64,000 nt of DNA, taken from Macrostomum lignano (taxonomy: Eukaryota). The notes under the pieces were generated by a model. That model saw only the letters and a list, made by a program, of their open reading frames with translations, was not told the DNA's origin and ran no database searches. The stretch spans positions 372,001-436,000 of the forward strand of contig NIVC01000208.1 of NCBI GenBank assembly GCA_002269645.1. The letters are read 5' to 3'. Below, piece after piece: positions 33,710 to 46,800 of this stretch. The stretch's first letter is position 1. Each line of letters starts with the position of its first letter. The translations under genes and the position numbers were made by a program.

Positions 33710-34887
33710 CTACCGAGTATTCTCTGCATACGTAAAAGAAATTCGGGAGATAAAAAAGACTAATTTTGTTGAGTATTTTCAACGACGGTAATCCCCGCGC
33801 GCCGCGGTACCGATTATTTTAACACTTGTTTGTCCAATCAAAATTGCAAAAGCGTAATTTCCCACGCACAGCTGTAACGAACAATTCAGTAGTGATTGCT
33901 TGTAATCATTTTTTCATGCACCTGCTCAAGAGGAAAGTGGCTTGCTCAAATTCCATTTTTAGACGACAGCTTTGAGGGCTGCTGGACGCAACTTTCAGGT
34001 AATTTCAAGGAGACTTGGAATTGTTGTGATGCCAAAGGCTAAGGGGTGGGGCCTGTTTTTTAGTAGGACCAGCATCAACAATGATACAAAGGCCAACCGA
34101 TCCGATATCGACCCCATGCCGTTGTTAGGGATTCACCCTTTTTAGCGGCTCTCTAACTCATACAGATTGCTAACTTTTACACATGTGCATTGCATAGCGA
34201 TCTAGTTGCGCCTTCAGAGATTCCAGCGGTCGGACCACATCAGCTGTTTATCGTTACAAAAGAACAAGGGCTTGTTGAATACCTCAACAGTCTGAAGGGC
34301 TGCCGATTTGACTCTTGTTTCACAAGGTGCGCAACAAAAAGCATCCATAATTATTAGTAACCAAAAAACATGAATATTCATCATTCACTTTGTGTAATTT
34401 TGATTCGTATTTTTTTCAAACAACAACAGTCGGGGGTGCCAGTGTAATTATATAATGCAACGAGAATCATCGTATATAGAACAGATCTTAATTTTGGGGG
34501 CAGGCGGCGGGGGTCTTATTAACTATTTTAGTGCTGGAGCAACTAACTATATTTTAGTATCGTTGGTAAAGTACACACAGTAAAAGTGAATTATAAAAGC
34601 TGAGAGAGAACCAGCAAACAGCAAAGCAGAGTAACCAGAAGAGAAATGAAAACACAAACAAACAGGTCACTGGGAGTTATCAACTGCCGACTAAATAATT
34701 AATATGGAGAACAGATAGTTTAAACGCGAAACGACAGCTAACAATATTAATTCCAGGCTATTCCAAATATTATTATTACACATTATACACAGTGCGGTGA
34801 ATTTAGGATGGGCCAGAGTGAGTCATCAGTCAGCATAACTTAAGCTAAGCCTATGTGCCTTAACTACTACTAGAAAGCGATCATGTG

Positions 34888-37800
34888 TCAGTAGGGATTG
34901 AAGCGGTTGCCGCCGCCGCCGCCGCCACCGCCGCCTCGGCCGCCGCCCATGCCGCCTCCGCGGCCGCCGCCGCCGCCAGTCGGAGCGGCGACCAGCTCGG
35001 GATTCTCTGGCCTGGCCATGGAGCAGCGGTTGCAGGACTCGCGCCACGAATAGTTGCGGTTGCGACAGCTCGGACAGACCCAGTCCGGCTCGCCAGTGCG
35101 ACCTCCGCCGCGGCCGCCTCCGCCGAGCTGTTGAATGTTGCTGCCGCCTCCGCCGCCGCCGCCGGAACCTCCGACGCGACCGCCGCGCATCTTTCCGCCG
35201 CCATTGTTCATGCCGTAGCCGCCGCCGCCGCCGCCGCCTCCGCGACCTCCAGAGCCGCCAAGACGCTGCTGCATCTGGCCGTGCTGACCGCCCTGCTGTT
35301 GCTGGCCAGGCGGATTCAGCTGCGGCCGCTCGGAGTTCTTCGCTAGGCGAACAGTCAGGCCCTGCTGACCGTTGAACATCTGGATGGCAGTCTGGGAGCT
35401 GCTGGGATCCAGGTAGCTGACTAGCGCGCGGCCGGTGGGCTGGCCCTGCTGCTTGAAGATCCAGATCATCGGCATGCCCGACTTGTCGTTAATGCGAACC
35501 TGTACACAGTTGGCGCGTGCGATTGGGGAACCGTTAAAATCACGTGATGCTAGACTAGCAATTATAGGGCGATTCTCGTGCTGATTATGGGGCGATTCTC
35601 ATGCTGATTATGGGGGCGATTCTCATGCTGATTATGGGGCGATTCTCGTGCTGATTATGGGGCGATTCTCGTGCTGATTATGGGGCGATTCTCATGCTGA
35701 TTATGGGGGCGATTCTCATGCTGATTATGGGGCGATTCTCGTGCTGATTATGGGGCGATTCTCGTGCTGATTATGGGGGGGGGGGTTCATGCTGATTATG
35801 GGGCGATTCTCATGCTGATTATGGGGCGATTCTCGTGCTGATTATGGGGCGATTCTCATGCTGATTATGGGGCGATTCTCATGCTGATTATGGGGCGATT
35901 CTCGTGCTGATTATGGGGCGATTCTCATGCTGATTATGGGGCGATTCTCGTGCTGATTATGGGGCGATTCTCGTGCTGATTATGGGGCGATTCTCATGCT
36001 GATTATGGGGCGATTCTCGTGCTGATTATGGGGCGATTCTCGTGCTGATTATGGGGCGATTCTCATGCTGATTATGGGGCGATTCTCGTGCTGATTATGG
36101 GGCGATTCTCGTGCTGATTATGGGGCGATTCTCGTGCTGATTATGGGGCGATTCTCGTGCTGATTATGGGGCGATTCTCGTGCTGATTATGGGGCGATTC
36201 TCGTGCTGATTATGGGGCGATTCTCGTGCTGATTATGGGGCGATTCTCATGCTGATTATGGGGCGATTCTCGTGCTGATTATGGGGGCGATTCTCATGCT
36301 GATTATGGGGCGATTCTCACGCTGATTATGGGGCGATTCCCACGCTGATTATGGGGCGATTATCATGCTGATTATGGGGCGATTCTCATGCTGGTTATGG
36401 GGGCGATTCTCATGCTGATTATGTGGCGATTCTCATGCTGATTATGGGGCGATTCTCATGCTGATTATGGGGCGATTCTCATGCTGATTATGTGGCGATT
36501 CTCATGCTGATTATGGGGCGATTCTCACGCTGATTATGGGGCGATTCTCATGCTGATTATGGGGCGATTCTCATGCTGATTATGGGGCGATTCTCATGCT
36601 GATTATGGGGCGATTCTCATGCTGATTATGGGGCAATTCTCACACTGACTACGTGGCAATTATAATGTCAAGACTGAGCAAAAAGTCACAGACAGCAGTT
36701 AAATTTAACTCACCTGACCGGCATTCTGAAACTGCTGCAGCAACAGTTCGTGAGTACTTTGCTCAGATGTCAGACCCTCGATTAGCACGGTGTCCGGCCG
36801 TTCCGCATCCGGGTCCATGTTGTGGCCACCTCCGCCGCCGCCTCCTCCATCGCCCAGCCGAGTAACGAAGCTGCCTCCGCCGCCTCCACCTTGACGCTGC
36901 TGTTGGATGTTCTGTCGTAGATCTGTACGATTCAGCAAGAAGACACGAGTTGCCAGGTGAATAATAGTATGAACATAATAAATAAATAATATTCTAATAA
37001 TATGCTATTACTGTTTTCAGTAAGTAGACATTCCCAAAGAGTTTTAATTTCTATATTTGAAATTTGAAAACTGCATTATGTTACGAGTAAAAAGATTTTT
37101 TTAACAACCGTCAAACTTTTATTTAGTAGCAAGTTTGGGACATTGACGCTATATTTTGTGTAAATATATAAAAACGACGATACAAATTTGATAATAAAAA
37201 TTACATTAATACACGTATAAGCTACTGAACCGTGGTATTTTTAGTATAGTAGCATTAAAACTTCCAAAGTTAGGACTACACAAAACTCATCAAATGCAGC
37301 TTTCAAATTAATAATTATTTAAAAATTATTTTAATTTGACTTTATAAGATGTACAGACCAAACTAAAACGAAACTACTAATAAAAATACAAATGCACTCG
37401 TTTTAAAGCACTAAAACTTTTTATAAGCTACAGCTTTTGAAATTAAATATTAAACCTTTGAAAAAAACAAGATAAAATTATGCTTGTCTACCAAACTTTA
37501 CTCGGTGACTTACACAAAATTATAAATCACTCAACAATTACTTAATATTCCAATTTTTGAATTGTACTAAAATACTTTTTAAACCACAAAAAGACTAATT
37601 CAAAAGTACACTTTTCTTTAAGTAATTACTTTAAAAAGTAACACAACTGACTAAAAGTACATTTAATATGTTCTGGTTAAATTTAAAACCATAATTTTTC
37701 ACCAAAAATATCACTAAAGTTAAAATTCGCTATTACAGGACATGGTTTTAGCTAGCAAATTTAACAGCCAAGCAAATCCATACCCCACCCACCCACGTGA

Positions 37801-40800
37801 AAATCAATTGAAATAAAGTTTACAAAAAATTTCATATTGACAACTTACCGCCCGACATAGACGAAGCCCCTGAACCACCGCGACCGCTGCGAGTTGAGAA
37901 CAAATTAAATAATTCGTGACATAAAAACTCGTCAGCTTAACCGCGACTCTTTAAAAAATATAGACGACAAATTATGGCGACAATTGATAGATAGTAATGA
38001 ATAATAATAATAGTAATAGTAGTAATAACAGTACAAACTCTGGTGCAGACAAACTGTCTTCTTTTTAAAAACCTTTTTTTGCGCAAGGCGACGAACTGGA
38101 GTGACTCGAGGCGACAAGGACAGTCGCTCTGGCCCGCAAAGCCTCTCTAGCCGGCTCTCGGGGTCCTTTTGAAACTTCGCAATAGCAATCCAGCCAGCTC
38201 AATGTTTGTGTTTATATCTCTTCTCTACTTTCCTCTATCATCGCCTCTCCTCTCTACTCTCCTCTACTCTCTTCTATCATCGCCTGTCCTCTCTACTCTC
38301 CTCTACTCTCTTCTATTATCGCCTCTCCTCTCTACTCTCCTCTACTCTCTTCTATCATCGCCTCTCCTCTCTACTCTCCTCTACTCTCTTCTATCATCGC
38401 CTGTCCTCTCTACTCTCTTCTATCATCGCCTCTCCTCTCTACTCTCTTCTATCATCGCCTCTCCTCTCTACTCTCTTCTATCATCGCCTCTCCTCTCTAC
38501 TCTCCTCTACTTTCTTCTATCATCGCCTCTCCTCTCTACTCTCCTCTACTCTCTTCTATCATCGCCTCTCCTCTCTACTCTCCTCTACTCTCTTCTATCA
38601 TCGCCTGTCCTCTCTACTCTCTTCTATCATCGCCTCTCCTCTCTACTCTCCTCTACTCTCTTCTATCATCGCCTGTCCTCTCTACTCTCCTCTACTCTCT
38701 TCTATCATCGCCTCTCCTCTCTACTCTCTTCTATCATCGCCTCTCCTCTCTACTCTCCTCTACTCTCTTCTATCATCGCCTGTCCTCTCTACTCTCCTCT
38801 ACTCTCTTCTATTATCGCCTCTCCTCTCTACTCCCCTCTACTCTCTTCTATCATCGCCTCTCCTCTCTACTCTCCTCTACTCTCTTATATCATCGCCTGT
38901 CCTCTCTACTCTCTTCTATCATCGCCTGTCCTCTCTACTCTCTTCTATCATCGCCTCTCCTCTCTACTCTCCTCTATCATCGCCTCTCCTCTCTACTCTC
39001 TTCTATCATCGCCTGTCCTCTTTACTCTCCTCTACTCTCTTCTATCATCGCCTCTCCTCTCTACTCTCCTCTACTCTCTTCTATCATCGCCTCTCCTCTC
39101 TAATCTCCTCTACTCTCTTCTATCATCGCCTGTCCTCTCTACTCTCCTCTACTCTCTTCTATCGGGGTCCTTTTGAAACTTCGCAATAGCAATCCAGCCA
39201 GCTCAATGTTTGTGTTTATATCTCTTCTCTACTTTCCTCTATCATCGCCTCTCCTCTCTACTCTCCTCTACTCTCTTCTATCATCGCCTGTCCTCTCTAC
39301 TCTCCTCTACTCTCTTCTATTATCGCCTCTCCTCTCTACTCTCCTCTACTCTCTTCTATCATCGCCTCTCCTCTCTACTCTCCTCTACTCTCTTCTATCA
39401 TCGCCTGTCCTCTCTACTCTCTTCTATCATCGCCTCTCCTCTCTACTCTCTTCTATCATCGCCTCTCCTCTCTACTCTCTTCTATCATCGCCTCTCCTCT
39501 CTACTCTCCTCTACTCTCTTCTATCATCGCCTCTCCTCTCTACTCTCCTCTACTCTCTTCTATCATCGCCTGTCCTCTCTACTCTCTTCTATCATCGCCT
39601 CTCCTCTCTACTCTCCTCTACTCTCTTCTATCATCGCCTCTCCTCTCTACTCTCTTCTATCATCGCCTCTCCTCTCTACTCTCCTCTACTCTCTTCTATC
39701 ATCGCCTGTCCTCTCTACTCTCCTCTACTCTCTTCTATTATCGCCTCTCCTCTCTACTCTCCTCTACTCTCTTCTATCATCGCCTCTCCTCTCTACTCTC
39801 CTCTACTCTCTTATATCATCGCCTGTCCTCTCTACTCTCTTCTATCATCGCCTGTCCTCTCTACTCTCTTCTATCATCGCCTCTCCTCTCTACTCTCCTC
39901 TATCATCGCCTCTCCTCTCTACTCTCCTCTACTCTCTTCTATCATCGCCTGTCCTCTTTACTCTCCTCTACTCTCTTCTATCATCGCCTCTCCTCTCTAC
40001 TCTCCTCTACTCTCTTCTATCATCGCCTCTCCTCTCTACTCTCTCTTCTATCATTGCCTCTCCTCTCTACTCTCTCTTCTATCATCGCTTCTATCATCTC
40101 TTCTATCTCTCTTCTATCATCTCCTCTCTACTCTCCTCTGTCATCCTCTCTCCTTTCTTTCATCCCCCTTCTCTCTTCTTCATTCCCTCTCCTCCCTCCC
40201 CTCCAGCGGCCCGCAGTCATGCTCTGGGTCCTCTATCTGGCCGTTGAGGTAAAAAAGGTTTGCCAACCCCCTGATTCAAAAATGAGACCTTCCATAAAGA
40301 CAAAGTGAAACTTTCACTTGGAGAGCTACTTAAATCAAGTAGTAGCGTATTGACAAACAAGACCTTAACGCAATATGCAACGCTTACACTTGGCTAAAAA
40401 CAGTGGAGAATATTAAATCGGTTAATAGCTGTTTTTAATAAATCAATAAATGCAGTAAGCAGTACAAACCAATAAATACACATATGCATGTGTTGATAAA
40501 TGTTTGAGGTAGAAAACTAAGATTATTTTTATCAAGGAAGACAGTAAGACGAGATGGATTCGTATCGTTGAATGAAGTTGTGGCGAATTTTATGGCAAGA
40601 ATTGAAAAATCAAGAAATATTTATAAATTTACTAATTTGCACAATTGGCAAACTGTTGAAACGAAAAACTTTATTTTTTCTGTGGAAATTTTTAAATTAA
40701 TTATGCACAGAACGGACTTTTAAAGACTACAGCAACTAGACACAAGAAAAAGCCCCCCCCCCTTGTTAAAACAGTTGTATTGTTAATAAACTTGATTTAA

Positions 40801-43800
40801 AGAGCAGACAGTATATAGCATGCTTTAAAAGCAGATAAAACAAATTTAAATAATCATCCAACTACCAGCGAGCACTACTTACACAAGTACTATTGGTTCA
40901 AAAAACAGATTTCAGAAAAAATAGGCCCCTCTTGCCAGTTTTAGCTTGGTTTTAGAAAAAAATGGAAACTGTCTAAATAAAATCTAAAAAAATCGAACTA
41001 CTCATAGTAGCTTACAGATATTGATTAATATTAGCTACAATAGAAATATAAGCAGACAAATGCGAAATAGATAAATTTCTGAGCAAAAGACACAGAAACA
41101 GCTGCAAAAATAACTTTGGTGTCATTAATAAAGCAATGCAATTCTTCTTTTCTAAGAAATATAAATATCGTTATTTTTGGCAATTGCTTGTAAAAGGGAT
41201 TATAAGTGTGCTACAATACTAAAGAAAGTTTAGTTAAATCAGTATATAATAGATCAATTATTTTTTAACAAAATGTTTCGCAGAATGAATTGATATCATA
41301 CAATTATTGGCCCTGAAAGTTTCGCATCCAGTTAGAATGAATGCATAATCAGCCAATCAATGCGCGCTAAATATAGCAAAAGCTGAGGACACGACCCCAG
41401 CCTCAGTCAATATTATTCAGAAAAGATGGCTGCGTACGGCTGCTCACTCCAAGGACTGGGGGGGGGTCGCATTGGGAATCGAACCTCCGACCTTCAAGTC
41501 GTGAGTCCGATGCTCAACCACTAGGCTAAATCCTATTTTATGACTGAAAGACTGAAAAGACTGGAAGCTAATATCTCGTGATTGTATTATTACTAAAAGT
41601 TATTAAATCCACTGCCTTAGAGATATTTGGCTTAAGCCATAGTACGAGTATTTCGAGTCTACAAGACAAAAGTTACTTAAACATAATAAAGTAGTTCACG
41701 AAGCTTAGGACAACTCTAACGGCCCGCCACACCAGCAAAACCATGACGAGACAAAATAAACAGAAAATGAGAGAAACTTCATAACAGATACAAATCAAAC
41801 TAATTGGATGGACAAAACTATTGAAAAATGTCTCGGTCAAAGACAAAAGGAGACACACCAATATACTGATTAGCCATAATAGAAAAAAATACGATAACTA
41901 ATAAATGAACAATATCGCAACTTCAGACCCGCAAACGAACTAATCGAAAAATGTTGTGTTAATCGTGTATAATTTTCAAAGCAGAAACTTGTTTAGCTTT
42001 GAAGCAGAAGAAATTGAAGAGAGAAGCAGACAGCAGGCAGTTGATTGTATGAGACAGCCATATAATACGTGTACTTTGTGAACTAATAGAAGAAGCTTCA
42101 AATAGATCAGAACAACTCACCGATTAGAAGGCATCCGAGATGTCAGCGGTCGAATTCCGCCTCCGCTGCCAGTCATTTGCACTGGGCCAGCGGCCAGAGC
42201 CGCGGCGGCAGCGGCTGCAGCTACAGGATTTGTACGCTGCAGATGAGCCACCTGTTGTTGCTGCTGCTGCTGTTGCTGGGCAGCGGCGGCGGCAGCAGCG
42301 GCGGCTTGTTGCAGTCTCTGCTGGTCAAACGCGGTCATGTGGTGCTGCTGCTGCTGGGCGGCTAGCATAGCTGCAGGCACACCGCCAGCGTGCTGCCCTG
42401 TCGGGGGCGGCGGTGGCGGCTGATTCCATTGGGCCAGGCCCATCGCTTGGGCATTGTAGGCCGCCTGCAGCGAATTTGGGGGGCAAATATGGGAGCCATG
42501 GTTAATTCCAACTTGCAGATTAATTAATTTACTAATCGATTACAGGCAGATGTGCAACCGACAGCTCAGCCGCAGCTATTGCGCGGCGCATCTGAAGGCT
42601 GCGTACGGCTGTTCAGTCCGAGGACTGGGGGGGTCGCCACAAACCCTGAATTACCCCAGCTAATGCTGGCACCCATTTTACAGCCGGGTGAACTGAAGCA
42701 ATGCAGAGTTAAGTGTCCTCTTCAAGGAGACAAATTGTTCTAATAGAATCGGGAATCGAACCCCCGACCTTCCGGCCACGAGTCCGACGCTCTAACTACT
42801 AGGTTACAATCCCGGCAGGCTACAACCCCGGTAGGCTACAACCCCGGTAGGCTACAATCCCGGTAGGCTACAACCCCGGTAGGCTACAATTCCGGTAGGC
42901 TACAATCCCGGTAGGCTACAACCCCGGTAGGCTACAACCCCGGTAGGCTACAATCCCGGTAGGCTACAACCCCGGCAGGTTACAATCCCGGTAGGCTACA
43001 ACCCCGGCAGGTTACAATCCCGGTAGGCTACAACCCCGGTAGTCTACAATCCCGGTAGGCTACAATCCCGGTAGGCTACAATCCCGGTAGGCTACAATCG
43101 CGTTAGGCTACAACCCCGGTAGGCTACAACCCCAGTAGGCTACAACCCCGGTAGGCTACAACCCCGGCAGGTTACAATCCCGGTAGGCTACAACCCCGGT
43201 AGTCTACAATCCCGGTCGTTTTTTCATTGTCATTTCATTTCATTTGTCATTTTTTACTTTATCCGTATATTATACTGAATGATGGAAGAACTGTTGCTAT
43301 TGGATTTTAGCTACGGCTACTACGGCATGGGTCCGAAAAGTTTTTTAACGTAAAAGCCAAAGAGACGTGCGGAGAGATGAGAGAAGAAAGAGGTCATGCA
43401 TTTGCCTTTCTATCTAGAACGACAGTGATGATCATTAGGGATTTCTGACTGCCAGACTGACTGTAACTCATTGATCATTGATGGCTGAGGGGTGATTCTT
43501 ATGGATGGCTGAGGGGCGATTATCATTGATGGCTCAGGGGCGATTCTTATGGATGGCTGAGGGGCGATTCTTATGGATGGCTGAGGGGCGATTCTTATGG
43601 ATGGCTGAGGGGCGATTCTTATGGATAGCTGAGGGGCGATTCTTATGGATAGCTGAGGGGCGATTCTTATGGATGGCTGAGGGGCGATTCTTATGGATGG
43701 ATGAGGGGCGATTATCATTGATGGCTCAGGGGCGATTCTTATGGATGGCTGAGGGGCGATTCTTATGGATGGCTGAGGGGCGATTCTTATGGTCGTTATG

Positions 43801-46800
43801 GATGGCTGAGGGGCGATTATCATTGATGGCTCAGGGCGATTCTTATGGATGGCTGAGGGGCGATTCTTATGGATGGCTGAGGGGCGATTCTTATTGATGG
43901 CTCAGGTGTGATTCTTATGGATGGCTGAGGGGCGATTCTTATGGATGGCTCAGGGGCGATTCTTATTGATGGCTCAGGTGTGATTCTTATGGATGGCTGA
44001 GGGGCGATTCTTATAGATGGCTCAGGTGTGATTCTTATGGATGGCTGAGGGGCGATTTTTATGGACGGCTCAGGGGCGATTCTTATGGATGGCTGAGGGG
44101 CCTTTTTACAGAACAAATACATTATCATTGATGATTAGTGCGCCAAATTCAGATAAAATACCTGAAAGTCCAATCCAGTCGCTGAGCCCTGATTAGCGGC
44201 GGCAGCGGCAGCAGCCGCGGCTGCAGCCATCTGCTGTTGCTGCTGCTGGCTAGCCAGATGCCCGGGCACACCCTGATGGTGTCCGGCGGCAGCTGACGAA
44301 GGCGGCGGCGGCACACCGCCAGCTGAGCCTCCATGCTGCTGCTGCTGCTGCTGTTGCATGGCAGCTACAGAATAGGCAGACATCGGAGACTGGTACTGCT
44401 GCACACCGCCGGGACCGTGACCGGCGGCCGCAGCCGCGGCAGCTGCAGCAGCGGCGGCAGCAGCTTGAGGCACCGGTGGTACACCCTGCGGTGTGCCAAC
44501 CAGCTGCTGTTGCTGTTGTTGCTGCTGTTGCTGACTGCCAGACTGACTGTAACTCATCTGGTTAGAAGCATCGTAACCGCTGTAGCCTGATTGAGACGAA
44601 ATTGACAATTGACAATTGATACTGGTGAGTTAATTTCTAGATAGATTCAATCCCATCCCATCCCGAATCCCATCCCATACTCGCTAACTGACTTAGAAAT
44701 CCCTAAGTCCCATCCCATACTCGCTAACTGACTCAGAAATTCCTAAGTCCCATCCCATACTCGCTAACTGACTCAGAAATCCCTAAGTCCCATCCCATAC
44801 TGGCTAACTGACTCAGAAATCCCTAAGTCCCATCCCATACTGGCTAACTGACTCAGAAATCCCTAAGTCCCATCCCATACTGGCTAACTGACTCAGAAAT
44901 CCCTAAGTCCCATCCCACACTCGCTTCCTGACTCAGAAATCCCCAAATCCCATCCCACACATGCTAACGACTTAGAATTTTTCAAATTTCATCTCACTCG
45001 CTGACTCAGAAATCCACAAATCCCATCTCACACTCGCTTCCTGACTCAGAAATCCCCAAATCCCATCCCACACATGCTAACGACTTAGAATTTTTCAAAT
45101 TTCATCTCACTCGCTAACTGACTCAGAAATCCACAAATCCCATCTCACACTCGCTAACTGACTCAGAAATCCACAAATCCCATCTCACACTCGCTAACTG
45201 ACTCAGAAATCCACAAATTCCATCTCACACTCGCTGACTTAAAAATCTAACAAATACCAATTTAAATCTCATACTTTAGTTTAAGAATCAGCTTGGCTAG
45301 GACTTACCCTGCGACACGTTGGGCGCTTGAGAATAGGGTACCTGACCAACTTGGGCGGTGGCCTGATGCGGATTGGCCTGATTTTGATTGGACGCCGGAC
45401 CGGAGCCGCTGGCAGCGGCGGCCACAGCCTGATTGTAGTCGTAGCCTTGGGCGTAGTAAGCCTGCTGAGTATTAAGTGTTACTTATTGGGGTCAATCCAG
45501 GTCAATCCTGATTGATCATTGATGGCTGAGGGACGATTCTTAGATGGCTGAGGGGCGATTCTTACTGGTAGCTAAGGGGCGATTCTTATAGATGGCTGAG
45601 GGGCGATTCTTTTTGATGGCTGAGGGGCGATTCTTACTGATAGCTGAGGGGCCCTTTTTGCCCTTTTACATAACAGATACAAAATCATACCTGATCATAA
45701 CCAGCAAACTGTGGTTGAGCCCCATAATTGGCATATTGGAAACTGAAATGTAAATTAGATAGTGCAGAAACACAATAAAATTATAACATATTATTTAACA
45801 TATTATAATGCTTAAAAGCTGTAAATAATAAAGCAGTTTATAATCAAGCTCTCACTTGGCAGTTGGTGCCTGACCACTTTGAGCAGCAACAGCTGAAGCC
45901 ATTCCTTGTTGATATTGAAAACCTAGGAATCAAAAGCAATTAAAATGCATAATTTTTCTTTTATAACTTTAGCAAAAACGAATACAAATATAACTTTATT
46001 ACAAATATAAAATACCATAGCTTAGAGAACTTGATTTAAAATAAATCAAAAAATATCATCTATAAGGAATATAGACTAGTAAAGAAGATATATATACATG
46101 TAAACTAGTAGCCAACTTAGATAATCTAGCAAATATAAATAGTAAAAAACTAAGCCAAAAGGAAATTGCAAAATTGACAAAATTTGATTAATAATAGACT
46201 TCTATCTATAAGGGTCTAATGACTTACTAATAGGTATGCAAAAAGGAAATTTGAATAAAATGTAAGCTTCTTGCAAAAATAACAATGCTTTTCTATAGTC
46301 TTCCCAGCCCACACTGAGTAGGTTATTAATATGCTAGAAAGCTAGCATAATAATTGACAGTTTAACATTTTTAGTATGTTATTACTTGTCCATGTCCAAT
46401 ACTCTGGAAGATGTAGTGCATGCCAAAATTTTCTGATTCACATTTTAAAATGTTAGCATACATTACATACAACTAAAATGTGTAGTTATTAGCATCTATA
46501 ATTGACACATAACATTTATAATGGCATGCTAATGTAGAACATATAATACATTGACATTTTAGTTTGGTTGATTCTTTTTTTTGCTTATACTATTAGAGCA
46601 AAAATTCAATTTGCACAAACATTTTTATAACACCTTACTGCAAGCTTTAAAACCTAGAAAACTTGAAATTTATGGCTAAACTAGATATTTATATGTTTTT
46701 CAATATTTAATTTTAATATACAAATAAAAACATTTACTTTTTTTGAAATGAAAAATGTTTGTACAAACTGTCTCCCCCCTTTAGTCTAGGCATTATGCCT

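Noticed and set aside
41428-41533. Functional tRNA gene
   Set aside because: The acceptor and anticodon stems are poorly paired, the anticodon differs from the sister copy, and it continues into a shared SINE tail.
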